DNA from: an uncultured Eubacterium sp.
GTDB lineage: Bacteria; Bacillota; Clostridia; Lachnospirales; Lachnospiraceae
DNA length: 64,000 nt
Reading direction: 5' to 3'
Assembly (NCBI GenBank): GCA_900545725.1
Contig: URAI01000004.1
Span: forward strand, 3,726 to 67,725
Numbering within the stretch: position 1 is the first letter of the stretch; each line of letters starts with the position of its first letter. The notes under the pieces were generated by a model. That model ran no database searches. It was not told where the DNA came from and saw nothing but the letters and a program-made list of their open reading frames with translations. This document shows, piece by piece, positions 1 through 10,342 of the stretch. The translations under genes and the position numbers were made by a program.

Positions 1-271
1 ATTTACATTGAATAATTATCTGTCATATAAAAAAAATTGTGCTAAAGAATATATTTCACCTGACAGTATAAAAAAAATACTTGATATAATAACATTGTCT
101 TTAAGGTCAGGAGATGTTGTATGCAGATACAGCAGTGTCCAGTTTCTGGTGCTTATAACATCTAAGAAGCGTGAAGATGTCTGTACAATAGCAGAGAGAA
201 TAAAAGGTGAAATTAATAAGCAAAGGATTAATATAAGATCTGAGTACAGTATAGAGAAAATAAATGTGTAA
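1..271 (+). CDS. 3' end of a protein with a degenerate GGDEF-like C-terminal domain (5' partial)
   Basis: Frame is open from the window start; LRSGDVVCRYSSVQFLVLI...IAERI resembles the GGDEF core with the catalytic motif replaced by YSSVQF. Confidence 0.6.
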   Translation, partial: FTLNNYLSYKKNCAKEYISPDSIKKILDIITLSLRSGDVVCRYSSVQFLVLITSKKREDVCTIAERIKGEINKQRINIRSEYSIEKINV

Positions 272-302
272 AAATATTTAATCTGTATAAAAAGGAGCTG
301 GA

Positions 303-2774
303 ATGAGAATTATATTAAATCATAAGAAGCATATTGCATTAATGGTATGTATTTTGTTATGTATGTTAATGACATGGAAGACATTTTCTACAACCTTAGC
401 AGCATCTGATACGGCTGCGGCAACAGATATACAATCAGAAGATACAGATGATAAGCTTGAGGGTTATTGTACATTTTATGATTATAATGTAGCACCATAT
501 TCAGGGAATATGTACAGTTTCAGATATAAGGAATATCCGGATAGAAGTATTAACTGTGCTTCTAATTATAAGGATAATGGAAAGCCAAAGCTTACTGTCG
601 GTACTTATTCACAAAATTACAGTAAGAACAGGCATAAATGTATGGTCAATGGCTTGGATGTCAACACCTGTATATATTATAATAACGGAATTGCAAAGAC
701 ATCAGGAACATTTAATGGGGAAGAGAAAACTTATTCTAATTCTTCACCGGGAATAATTGCAGGACTTGATAAGAATAATTATAAAAATGTTTTGTTTAAT
801 GTTGATGAACCCGGCTTATTTTCTGATGATATAAAGATGGGAAAAACTATTCTTAATGATTATAAGCTTTCATTTGATAAAAAGGACAATGGTAATCATA
901 GCATGACTTATACACTTAAAAGTGTAACTTCACCGGATGGAGATGTAACATATGCCGGAGATAATTTCTTTCCGCTTAATAATGCAAAAAGTAATACCTT
1001 AGATAAAGGCTATGCTTCAGCAGATGGTAAAAATTCAACCAATTATTACTTTGGCATGCGTTATGATTTGTCATTTACATTAAATGGATATACAGGGGAT
1101 TTACTGTATAAGTTTACAGGAGATGATGATTTGTGGGTCTTTCTTGATGGAGAACTTGTATTAGACCTTGGTGGAATCCATGCGGAATGTGGCGGTGATG
1201 TAGATTTGTGGAGGGTCGGTCCGTTAGCAGATGAACTTTATACCACAGGTAATAAGGAGCTTGTAAATGCTGATACTAAACACACTTTAACAGTTCTTTA
1301 TATGGAGCGTGGCGGTAATGAATCTAACTGTAATATGCAGTTTACAGTACCGGATACAGTAACAATAGATCCGCCACATGAAGATTATGAATGGAATGTA
1401 GAAAAAAATGTAATTCTTACAGACTGGGATAACAGAACATATGATATTACACTTGATGTTACATCTGATAAAGTATATAAAGAAGTTATTTCAGGTGCGT
1501 TAATAAGAGATTATATAGATAACCGGTTTAATATATTAGATGATAATGGAAGAGCTATAACTAAGGATATAATTGATAATTCTAACGAAGATATATATGT
1601 TAATTCAGGAAGAATAGGATATGATTATGAATATAATCTTATATATATAGAATGGAATAATCAGGAGCTTGATTTTAGATGTAATAATGATGCATCAGAG
1701 GTTATCACAGGCTGGGAAAAGGTTATAAAGATTAAAGCAAAAGAAGCATTTTTAGGTGGTAATAATGTTGCGGCTAACGTAGAGAATTCATATGTAACAG
1801 TAAAGGATACAACGAAAAACTTTAATGTTCCACATGTCAATGTCAAAGTTATTCCAGTATTAAAGGATGTAAATGAGGTCGTATTTTATGGTGATTATAC
1901 TACAGGCCTGACACAAAAATTAAAAGATATTTTTAATTATGAAGATTATATAGGAGAAGATGGAAAAGTAACTGATGAGAATGATTATACAATACAATGG
2001 TCAAAGGTATCAAAGGAGGGCAATGAAACTTTAATTGATAAGGATTTATCTGATATGCAGGAAATCAGTACTGATAGAGCACAACATGATAGTGGATACA
2101 ACTATTATGTAAGAGTATTTTATAATAATCTGTCAGATGTATGTGAAACTGATGAATGTAGTATCAATTCTCTTGGAAATATTGCCAATGGAACAATTTA
2201 TAATAAAGATAAAGATTCAGATGGGAATATACGTGATTATGCAGTATATAACATAAGGATTGTACGTGGAAGGTTAGACATAACTAAGTACATTAATGAA
2301 AGATATACGGACAATGAAAAAATCAATGCCAATGAGACATTTGTATTTAAGATACAGCAGTATGAAGCTGTAAAGATGGATGGTGGATATACAAAGGGAA
2401 GACTTGTTAATACATTTTATGAGACAATTTCATTTGATGCCAATTCAGATGTATCAGATGATACAGCAATTATTACAGGTCTTAAAATGGGATTTTATAC
2501 TATAACGGAACAGACAAAGCAGACACCGCTATACATGTGTAAGGATATAGACGATAATTATGCTTTTAATGAAAATGAAGGTGTGGATATGTTTATAGGG
2601 AAGAAATTAAATACAGACAATAATGGAAAAATTGAATTTTTCGGACTTGATAATAACAGATATAAAGAATTGGCTGATGGTGATAGTGCAAAGATAGAAT
2701 TTAAAAATGTAAAGGATAATTCTAAACACTGGTTATGTGATTCATCATCAGTAAGAAATGGGTTTGTAAGATAA
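303..2774 (+). CDS. Secreted fibro-slime (PA14-like) domain protein with Ig/pilin-like C-terminal regions; putative adhesin
   Basis: AAGGAG RBS; N-terminal signal peptide; fibro-slime signature FTGDDDLWVFLDGELVLDLGGIH and YMERGGNESN; no LPXTG or C-terminal TM helix. Confidence 0.8.
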   Translation: MRIILNHKKHIALMVCILLCMLMTWKTFSTTLAASDTAAATDIQSEDTDDKLEGYCTFYDYNVAPYSGNMYSFRYKEYPDRSINCASNYKDNGKPKLTVGTYSQNYSKNRHKCMVNGLDVNTCIYYNNGIAKTSGTFNGEEKTYSNSSPGIIAGLDKNNYKNVLFNVDEPGLFSDDIKMGKTILNDYKLSFDKKDNGNHSMTYTLKSVTSPDGDVTYAGDNFFPLNNAKSNTLDKGYASADGKNSTNYYFGMRYDLSFTLNGYTGDLLYKFTGDDDLWVFLDGELVLDLGGIHAECGGDVDLWRVGPLADELYTTGNKELVNADTKHTLTVLYMERGGNESNCNMQFTVPDTVTIDPPHEDYEWNVEKNVILTDWDNRTYDITLDVTSDKVYKEVISGALIRDYIDNRFNILDDNGRAITKDIIDNSNEDIYVNSGRIGYDYEYNLIYIEWNNQELDFRCNNDASEVITGWEKVIKIKAKEAFLGGNNVAANVENSYVTVKDTTKNFNVPHVNVKVIPVLKDVNEVVFYGDYTTGLTQKLKDIFNYEDYIGEDGKVTDENDYTIQWSKVSKEGNETLIDKDLSDMQEISTDRAQHDSGYNYYVRVFYNNLSDVCETDECSINSLGNIANGTIYNKDKDSDGNIRDYAVYNIRIVRGRLDITKYINERYTDNEKINANETFVFKIQQYEAVKMDGGYTKGRLVNTFYETISFDANSDVSDDTAIITGLKMGFYTITEQTKQTPLYMCKDIDDNYAFNENEGVDMFIGKKLNTDNNGKIEFFGLDNNRYKELADGDSAKIEFKNVKDNSKHWLCDSSSVRNGFVR

Positions 2775-2789
2775 TGGGGGATAAATAAA

Positions 2790-3332
2790 TTGAAAAAAGC
2801 AGTAAAGCTCTTTACGGATGTTCTTCTTTTGTTAATGCTTCTTCTTGCATTATTATTATATGCACCGCATATAGCAGGGATTGGAACGTATAAGATATTG
2901 TCAGGAAGCATGGAACCTGAATATCCGGTGGGAAGTCTTGTCTATGTAAAGAAAACACCGGCAGAAGATATTAATACTGGTGATGTTATAACATTTCATA
3001 TAAATGAGAATACGCTGGTTACGCACAGAGTAATAGAAAAAGATTCTATGAATAATATTTTTAATACAAAAGGTGATGCCAATGAGGTGAAGGACGGAGG
3101 GCAGGTTGCATATGAAAATATAGTAGGAAAGGTTATATTTAGTATTCCATATTTAGGAATTATAGCAGGATATTTTAATACCTTAAATGGACAGTATGTG
3201 ATTACAGCTATGATTATTGTATTATTTGCCTCTGTTTTTTTACCGGACATAATAAAAATATTGAAAAAATCGGACATCAGAAACAATAATATGAAAGGAA
3301 TCCTTGATAATGAAGAAAGTGATATCAGGTAA
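2790..3332 (+). CDS. sipW: Signal peptidase I, SipW (ER-type Ser-His) family
   Basis: ILSGSMEP, VTHRV, TKGDAN motifs; N- and C-terminal TM segments. Confidence 0.9.
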   Translation: MKKAVKLFTDVLLLLMLLLALLLYAPHIAGIGTYKILSGSMEPEYPVGSLVYVKKTPAEDINTGDVITFHINENTLVTHRVIEKDSMNNIFNTKGDANEVKDGGQVAYENIVGKVIFSIPYLGIIAGYFNTLNGQYVITAMIIVLFASVFLPDIIKILKKSDIRNNNMKGILDNEESDIR

Positions 3333-4008
3333 TATTCATGGCAGATTATGCAGATATATAGTGGCAGCGGCTGTTATTTTTTTATTTTTAGCTACTACTG
3401 CCGGAGTATCTTATGCACTACTTAAGACAAAGACACAGACTGTAATTAATGATTTTGATTCTGCCGCTGTAAATATCGGAATAGTGGAAACTGATTATGA
3501 TAATAATGAAGCAGTATATGAAGATATGGATGTTAAGGAAAGAGGACGGTATAATACAGGAGCAGATAATATTAATAATGAATATTTAAGAATTACTAAA
3601 AAACATAATACACAGCAAAAGAGTGTAAGCATAAAAAATATAACATCAGAGGATTATCCAACGACAGATACATGTGTAAGAGTAAGACTTATACCATCTG
3701 TTGTATATGATTACAGTGAGAAAAATATAGAGGAGGGTATTGCAGGTCAGACAGTCTGTATGGATATGAAGGAGAAGGTGGTTTTTGATTATAATGAAGA
3801 AAGTGATAATTGGGAATTTAGGGAGTTGACAGATGATAATAATGATGGTTACTATTATTACAAAGAATACTTAAAACCCGGAGAAGTGACGGATAAGCTT
3901 ATAGAGGGGGTGACATATACAGGTGATATTCCTGATAATGCACATTTTGAGCTTATGGTACTTGCAGATGGTATTGCAGCGGCACAGGCAGATTTATTGG
4001 AAGAATAA
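3310..4008 (+). CDS. SipW-dependent secreted protein (TasA/BsaA-class fibre subunit candidate)
   Basis: SipW-cognate signal pattern (hydrophobic stretch then GVSYA-LLKTKTQTVINDF), plus VRVRL and GYYYYKEYLKPGEVT motifs; overlaps the sipW stop. Confidence 0.75.
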   Translation: MKKVISGNIHGRLCRYIVAAAVIFLFLATTAGVSYALLKTKTQTVINDFDSAAVNIGIVETDYDNNEAVYEDMDVKERGRYNTGADNINNEYLRITKKHNTQQKSVSIKNITSEDYPTTDTCVRVRLIPSVVYDYSEKNIEEGIAGQTVCMDMKEKVVFDYNEESDNWEFRELTDDNNDGYYYYKEYLKPGEVTDKLIEGVTYTGDIPDNAHFELMVLADGIAAAQADLLEE

Positions 4009-4059
4009 TGTGAAAAATAATGATTATGCTATTATTTTTCATAGATTTATAAATGAACC

Positions 4060-4090
4060 GGCTATTTGTTTCTGAACAGAACAAATAGCC
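4060..4090 (+). terminator. Stem-loop after the sipW operon
   Basis: ggctatttgttt-ctgaacag-aacaaatagcc inverted repeat; U-tract weak. Confidence 0.5.
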
Positions 4091-4227
4091 AATGATGGAA
4101 GAAAAATTAATAAAATTAAAAAAAATTTAAAATTAAGTTAAATATGCTTGAAAGAAATGTTAAAAGAAATGTATAATAGAATTTACGATTAGATGAATTT
4201 ATATATTACATATTCAGGAGTGAGTAT

Positions 4228-6231
4228 ATGGGAAACGTAAATAACAGATTTGATGTAAATGTATCAAGTGAGACAAAGTTAAAGGATAAGAATATTTTAA
4301 CATTTGAATTTAAGCTTCTTGCAGATTCAAATTGCAGAATTAAGATAGAGGCATGTCAGGTATATGACTGTGACGGATATATGTATCAGGCAAGCGGAAG
4401 TAATATAAGCAGTGATGATTTTATTCTTGGGAAAAACAGCAGATTTTTTACTGAATTAAAAAGAGTTAATGTCACTATCAGTAAGGAATTTAAGTCAAGA
4501 ATAGGCTGCAATATGGTATTTACGGTTATAGACGTTGATGATAAGAAAAAGATGAATCTCTGTTTTCAGAAGAGATCATCCACTAAATGGACATTTGTTG
4601 GCGTCTCTCCTTTGGAATATAAAGAATCAGATATTGAACAGGAAGAGAAAGCTACGGATGATATAACAGCTGCAGGTGTAAATGAAGCTACAGAAAGTAT
4701 TAATACTGTAAAGGCAAAAGATATAGAAAAAGATGATAACGTATATACTGCAACAGTCAGCCAGCCAAAGAAAGATATAAAAAAAGAGATTATAAATAAT
4801 GGGCAGGGACATGAAGATAAAGCGTCAGATACCGTAAAAAAAGAAGAGGCAAAGACCGGATATATTCCAAGCTTTGCAAAAAGATATTCAACTAATTATA
4901 GCGCAGGAAGCGTGGCAGGTGTAATTAAAAGACCACAGCCAAAGGCTGAAAAACCAGAAGTAACTGATAATGAAGGAACAGTTAATCAGACAGACATTAA
5001 TAAAGAAGTTGTTAATAATGAAGCTTTTGGTAAGGGAATTATTAATAATGAGGTAATCAACAAAGAAGATTCATATAAGCAGCCGGAACAAAAGATAAAT
5101 AAAGATACCGGTTATGACAGCGTACCGGGACAGACTGATATATCTTCTGATACACCAGTGAAAGAAAGTGAAAGACAAGAACCAAAAAAAACTTCAGGAG
5201 TTGATGCTTTCAGGGAGTTATTAGGTGCTATGGCTGATATATCAGCAGGTAAGGATATAGATCTTGACCTTGGAAGAGGAAGCTATGAGGATAGTGATGA
5301 AGAAGATACAAATATACCGGAAATAGATGAAGCGGTTGTAAATGATGATATACATATTACAGATGATAAAGAAGATGTTATATATTCATATAGCAATACT
5401 GATTCAGATGATGACATTCAGACAGTGACTCATGCAGATATGCATACAGAAGCTGCACCTGCACCAACTGTATATACAGAAAGTATACATACAGAAAATA
5501 CACAGGCTGATATGTCTGACATTCCTGTGTATTACAGAAGAAAAGATTCCATAGATATGTTAAAGCAAAGAATTGCGGCAGATAAGAACAATACATATCT
5601 TGGAATGACTCTCGGTGCCATAATGGATAAGTATGACCTTGACAATCAGAGATTAGAAACATTTCTTAATGTATTTGCAGACAGATATAAAGTGGCTGAC
5701 AGTTCTGTTAATGAACAGGAATTAAGAGATAAGATAGAACAGGATATAATTAATGATTATAAAGAAAAATACAGGGAAGAGCTTACAGAACAGATAAAGA
5801 AGGAGCTTGAAGAACAGGAAGCAGAAGCTGCTATAACAAGTGAGGAAGTACCTGATACCTTGGAATTTTATGATATAGAGCCTGAAAGAGTAGAGGCATA
5901 TCTTAATGGTATTATAGAATATGATGCTGATGCCGCAGCACAGATTGGTCTGTCCTTAAGCCAGACAAGAGTATCGGTAGAAGAACAGAATGGCTCATAT
6001 ACAGCCACTCTTTATAGTGAAGCCTCTTATTCTAAGGAGACATATGTATTGGTAAGATGTCCTATTGTAAAGGTGATATTCTATGATAAGAAGGGGAATA
6101 TTGCCAATATGGCTATGCACAGTGTATCAAGAATATATACGGGACATGATATTATACAGATGAAGTTAAAGACAGCACAGTTTAAGTATTGGCAGAATAT
6201 TGGAAAATTAAAGATAATGATTACATTATAA
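4228..6231 (+). CDS. Hypothetical protein; two predicted globular ends joined by a long acidic low-complexity linker
   Basis: 667-aa ORF with AGGAG RBS; no recognisable motif. Confidence 0.75.
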   Translation: MGNVNNRFDVNVSSETKLKDKNILTFEFKLLADSNCRIKIEACQVYDCDGYMYQASGSNISSDDFILGKNSRFFTELKRVNVTISKEFKSRIGCNMVFTVIDVDDKKKMNLCFQKRSSTKWTFVGVSPLEYKESDIEQEEKATDDITAAGVNEATESINTVKAKDIEKDDNVYTATVSQPKKDIKKEIINNGQGHEDKASDTVKKEEAKTGYIPSFAKRYSTNYSAGSVAGVIKRPQPKAEKPEVTDNEGTVNQTDINKEVVNNEAFGKGIINNEVINKEDSYKQPEQKINKDTGYDSVPGQTDISSDTPVKESERQEPKKTSGVDAFRELLGAMADISAGKDIDLDLGRGSYEDSDEEDTNIPEIDEAVVNDDIHITDDKEDVIYSYSNTDSDDDIQTVTHADMHTEAAPAPTVYTESIHTENTQADMSDIPVYYRRKDSIDMLKQRIAADKNNTYLGMTLGAIMDKYDLDNQRLETFLNVFADRYKVADSSVNEQELRDKIEQDIINDYKEKYREELTEQIKKELEEQEAEAAITSEEVPDTLEFYDIEPERVEAYLNGIIEYDADAAAQIGLSLSQTRVSVEEQNGSYTATLYSEASYSKETYVLVRCPIVKVIFYDKKGNIANMAMHSVSRIYTGHDIIQMKLKTAQFKYWQNIGKLKIMITL

Positions 6232-6414
6232 TTTCTATTTTGCAATTAATTAATACACAATATCAATCTACAACAATTATATGATGTTGGGGTCAAAAGT
6301 CCACAACTATGATACCTACAGATTGTTATGTGCTATGAACTCAAACAATCCTGCCCAATATTTGCATTATATATAATTATTATGAATTGCATGCAATAAA
6401 TATTTTATTATTTA

Positions 6415-6536
6415 TTGAAACATATTATGATATGTGCTAAACTGAATACAAATTATAAATTATAAGTGCGTAAGCTACCGAGGCTGGAATACTAATCAGA
6501 GTCTGAGTGAATGAATACTCGGACTCTGATTTTTTA
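6415..6536 (+). promoter_or_regulatory. sigmaA promoter followed by a leader terminator (attenuator) upstream of the ABC exporter
   Basis: TTGAAA-N17-TAAACT (6415-6443); hairpin aatcagagtctgagt/actcggactctgatt plus T-tract before the RBS. Confidence 0.65.
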
Positions 6537-6567
6537 ATATATTTTCAGGAAAGGAGATGTATAAGAA

Positions 6568-8313
6568 GTGATAAAATATCTGAAAAAATACTGGCTTTTT
6601 ATAATTCTTGCTCCACTTTTTATGATTGGAGAGGTTACAATGGATCTTATACAGCCGCAAATGATGAAAACTATAGTCGATGATGGTGTGTTAGGGATAT
6701 CTAATGGTAATGTAGGTAATCTTTCTCTTGTGATTTCAACAGGAATTAAGATGATAGGACTTGTATTTACAGGGGGACTGTGTGGTGTCATGTCAGGAGT
6801 ATTTGCAAGCACATGCAGTCAGAAGCTTGGTAATGATTTGAGAAAAGATTGTTTTAGCAATATTATGTCTTTATCATTTGAACAGACAGACAGATTTTCC
6901 ACAGGATCGCTGATTACAAGGGTAACTAATGATATAACGCAGGTTCAGAATCTTGTTTCAATGTCTATAAGAGGTTTTGTGCGTACATTCTTGTTATTCG
7001 GTGGCGGAATTTTATGTATGCTGGGACTTGATATAAGCTTTGGTATTGTTATTGCATGTGCACTTCCTGTTGTTATAATTATGATTATATTTTTTTTGTA
7101 TAAGATTAATCCCTGCTTTGGAATACTTCAAAAAAGGCTTGATACTGTTAATGGAATAATGCAGGAAAATGTATCAGGAGCCAGAGTTATTAAGGCATAT
7201 GTAAAAGAAGATTATGAAAGAAAAAGATTTGGAAAGGCTAATAAAGAGCTTATAGACATGCAGCTTCATATACTTACAGTATTATCATATATGTCGCCAC
7301 TGCTTAATATAATACTAGGCATTGCCATTGTATCGGTTATATATATAGGTTCAATACAGGTTAAGACAGGCAGTGTGACACCGGGAGTTGTAATGGCAGC
7401 AATTACATATATTTCACAGATTCTTAATGCTGTTATGAGAATGGTAATGATATTCCAGACAGCCTCAAGAGGCAATGCGTCAGCCAGGAGAGTTCTTGAG
7501 GTAATTAATTGTGAGCCTGCAATTTGTGATGGAGATAAGGAGTCGTATGAATGTGATGGAAGTGTGGAATTTAAAAATGTATCATTTTCTTATCCTGATG
7601 GAAATGGTGAGCAGATATTAAAAAATATTAATATTAATATTAATCCGGGAGAAACATTTGCAATACTTGGAGCTACAGGCTGCGGAAAGTCAACATTTAT
7701 CAATCTGATACCAAGATTTTATGATGTGACAGAGGGCAGTGTTCTTGTTGATGGAATGGATGTAAGGGAGTATCCGCTTGATAAATTAAGAGATAAGATT
7801 GCAATTACACTGCAATACAGTGAGCTTTTTACAACAACAATAAAAGATAATATAAGATGGGGGAATATGTCTGCCACGGATTCTGAAATAAAAAAAGCAG
7901 CTGATATTGCACAGGCACAGGAATTTATAAGCGGTAAAGAAGATGGATTTGATACGGTTGTTGCAGAGCGTGGAATGAGCCTTTCAGGTGGGCAGAAGCA
8001 GAGGTTATCAATTGCAAGGGCAGTTGTTAAAAAGGCAGAGATTCTCATAATGGATGATGCTACAAGTGCTTTGGATTTAAAGACAGAGGCACAGCTATAT
8101 GAAAGTCTTAATAAAGAATACAAAAAGCTTACAAAGATTATAGTTGCACAAAGAGTTGCATCAGTAAGACATGCTGACCGTATTGCCATTATTGAAAATG
8201 GAAGAATAGTGGCATGTGATACACATGATAATCTTTTGAAAAACAGCCCTGTATATAAGGACATTTATAATTCCCAGTTAAAGACGGGAGGTGACATTTC
8301 ATATGCAGAGTAA
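6568..8313 (+). CDS. ABC exporter, fused TMD-NBD, degenerate subunit of a heterodimer (TM287-like)
   Basis: GATGCGKS, LSGGQKQR; Walker B ILIMDD lacks the catalytic Glu; H-switch replaced by Q (VAQR). Confidence 0.9.
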   Translation: MIKYLKKYWLFIILAPLFMIGEVTMDLIQPQMMKTIVDDGVLGISNGNVGNLSLVISTGIKMIGLVFTGGLCGVMSGVFASTCSQKLGNDLRKDCFSNIMSLSFEQTDRFSTGSLITRVTNDITQVQNLVSMSIRGFVRTFLLFGGGILCMLGLDISFGIVIACALPVVIIMIIFFLYKINPCFGILQKRLDTVNGIMQENVSGARVIKAYVKEDYERKRFGKANKELIDMQLHILTVLSYMSPLLNIILGIAIVSVIYIGSIQVKTGSVTPGVVMAAITYISQILNAVMRMVMIFQTASRGNASARRVLEVINCEPAICDGDKESYECDGSVEFKNVSFSYPDGNGEQILKNINININPGETFAILGATGCGKSTFINLIPRFYDVTEGSVLVDGMDVREYPLDKLRDKIAITLQYSELFTTTIKDNIRWGNMSATDSEIKKAADIAQAQEFISGKEDGFDTVVAERGMSLSGGQKQRLSIARAVVKKAEILIMDDATSALDLKTEAQLYESLNKEYKKLTKIIVAQRVASVRHADRIAIIENGRIVACDTHDNLLKNSPVYKDIYNSQLKTGGDISYAE

Positions 8314-10126
8314 CAATAAAGACAATCAGGTAAAGATAAATGTAAAGATGCCGGGAATGAGAGGACCACGTTCACGTCAGGCAGTTGAAAAGCCGAAGAA
8401 CGGAAAAAAGACATTCAAAAGATTATGCAGGTATTTTGGCAAAGAAAAGCTTATGCTTACAGGACTTATTGTGGCTGTAATTATTGTTGTGGCATGTTCA
8501 GTATTCACACCTGCACTCCAAAGCAAGGCGATAGATGTAATAACGGACAGACATTTTAACAGGCTTTCTGTAATCCTTATTATCATGCTCATATTATATG
8601 GAATTAACAGTATAGGGAATCTTTGCCAGTCAATTTTGAGTGCAAAGCTAAGCCAGAGAATAGTAAAAAGAATGAGAGAGGATTTATTTGATAAAATAGC
8701 AGATCTTCCAATAAAGTATATAGATAACCATTCGCATGGTGATATAATGAGCCGTATGACAAATGATGTAGAAAATATATCAAATACAATATCACAGTCG
8801 TTAAGTTCATTGGTATCCGGTGTGCTTACAGTTACAGGCACAGTTATAATTATGCTGTGGTACTGCTGGCAGCTTGCAATTCTTTCATGTATGACTGTTA
8901 TTCTTACAATCATTGCAACTAAATATCTGTCAGGTGCCATGAGAAGATTCTATACCAGAAGACAGATAATACTGGGAAATCTTAATGGAACAGTAGAGGA
9001 GATGGTTACAGGCTATAAGACAGTTGTGGCATATAACCATCAGGCAGAGGTGAAAGCTGATTTTAATAAAACAAGTGATGAGCTTACAAAAACAGGTATT
9101 GTTGCAGAAATTCTTGGCGGAAGCATGGGACCTGTGATGAATGTTATTAATAATATAGGTTTTGTTATAATTGCGGCTTTTGGAGGATATTTTGCTATTA
9201 ATAAAATGATATCCATTGGTGTCATATCAGCATTTATAGTTTATGCAAAGCAGTTTGGAAGACCAATTGATGAGATTGCACAGGTATATGGACAGATTCA
9301 GACAGCCATGGCAAGTGCAGAGAGAGTATTTGATATTATGGATGAGAGACCGGAAGATAAGAGCGGAAGTAATGTAATTGATAATTCTGATGGTATTATA
9401 TCATTTGAACATGTTAATTTTTCTTATGTTGAAGGAAAGAAAGTGTTATCCGATTTTAATCTTGAAGTAAAGGCAGGTCAGAAGGTAGCACTGGTAGGAG
9501 CAACAGGAAGCGGAAAGACAACAGTTGTTAATCTTTTAATGAGATTTTATGATATTGACAGTGGTAGTATTAAAATAGATGGAGTAGATATTAAAGATAT
9601 AGACTGTAATAACTTAAGAAAAAATACGGCGATAGTTTTACAGGATACAGTACTTTTTTCTGATACGATTAAGAATAATTTAAAATATTCAAATGAGGAT
9701 GCGACAGACAAAGAGATAATAGAGGCGGCCACGTTAAGTAACTGTCACAATATGATTATGCAGATGAAGGATGGATATGATACGAAGCTGTCAGAGGGAG
9801 GACACAATATATCACAGGGACAAAGGCAGTTACTTTCAATAGGACGGGCATTCCTTGCAAAGCCAAAGATATTAATACTTGATGAGGCGACATCAAGCGT
9901 AGATACAAGAACAGAAAAGCATATTCAGGATGCCATGACTAATCTTATGAAAAACAGAACCAGCTTAATAATAGCACACAGACTGTCAACAATTCAGGAT
10001 GCAGACCTAATAGTAGTATTAGATCATGGGAAAATAGTAGAAAAAGGCAGTCATAGCAGACTTTTATCACAAAAAGGAAAATATTACGAACTATATATGA
10101 CCCAGTTTGCAGGAAGTGCAACGTAG
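8303..10126 (+). CDS. ABC exporter, fused TMD-NBD, consensus subunit (TM288-like)
   Basis: GATGSGKT, ISQGQRQ, ILDEATS, IAHRL; GGAGG upstream of ATG 8303. Confidence 0.9.
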   Translation: MQSNNKDNQVKINVKMPGMRGPRSRQAVEKPKNGKKTFKRLCRYFGKEKLMLTGLIVAVIIVVACSVFTPALQSKAIDVITDRHFNRLSVILIIMLILYGINSIGNLCQSILSAKLSQRIVKRMREDLFDKIADLPIKYIDNHSHGDIMSRMTNDVENISNTISQSLSSLVSGVLTVTGTVIIMLWYCWQLAILSCMTVILTIIATKYLSGAMRRFYTRRQIILGNLNGTVEEMVTGYKTVVAYNHQAEVKADFNKTSDELTKTGIVAEILGGSMGPVMNVINNIGFVIIAAFGGYFAINKMISIGVISAFIVYAKQFGRPIDEIAQVYGQIQTAMASAERVFDIMDERPEDKSGSNVIDNSDGIISFEHVNFSYVEGKKVLSDFNLEVKAGQKVALVGATGSGKTTVVNLLMRFYDIDSGSIKIDGVDIKDIDCNNLRKNTAIVLQDTVLFSDTIKNNLKYSNEDATDKEIIEAATLSNCHNMIMQMKDGYDTKLSEGGHNISQGQRQLLSIGRAFLAKPKILILDEATSSVDTRTEKHIQDAMTNLMKNRTSLIIAHRLSTIQDADLIVVLDHGKIVEKGSHSRLLSQKGKYYELYMTQFAGSAT

Positions 10127-10145
10127 TATTAAATACTATATATGC

Positions 10146-10195
10146 TTGACATAAAAACCAAAATGTTTTATTATACAAATGTTTGATAATCAAAC
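10146..10195 (+). promoter_or_regulatory. sigmaA promoter with a FabT/MarR-like palindromic operator
   Basis: TTGACA-N17-TATTAT (10146-10174), then palindrome GTTTGATAATCAAAC (10181-10195). Confidence 0.6.
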
Positions 10196-10342
10196 TATTA
10201 TAAACAGGAAGTTATGAATAAATATTATATATACAGATTAATTTTCAAATTTGGCATTAATATAATTATAAATACCGGCTTTATATACATAATTTGAAAA
10301 TTGAAATCATATACAGTATTTATTTGTAGATTGGAGATGTAT

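Noticed and set aside
6260..6400. Possible minus-strand sRNA downstream of the 667-aa gene
   Set aside because: Only weak hairpins, non-canonical promoter spacing and no clear terminator
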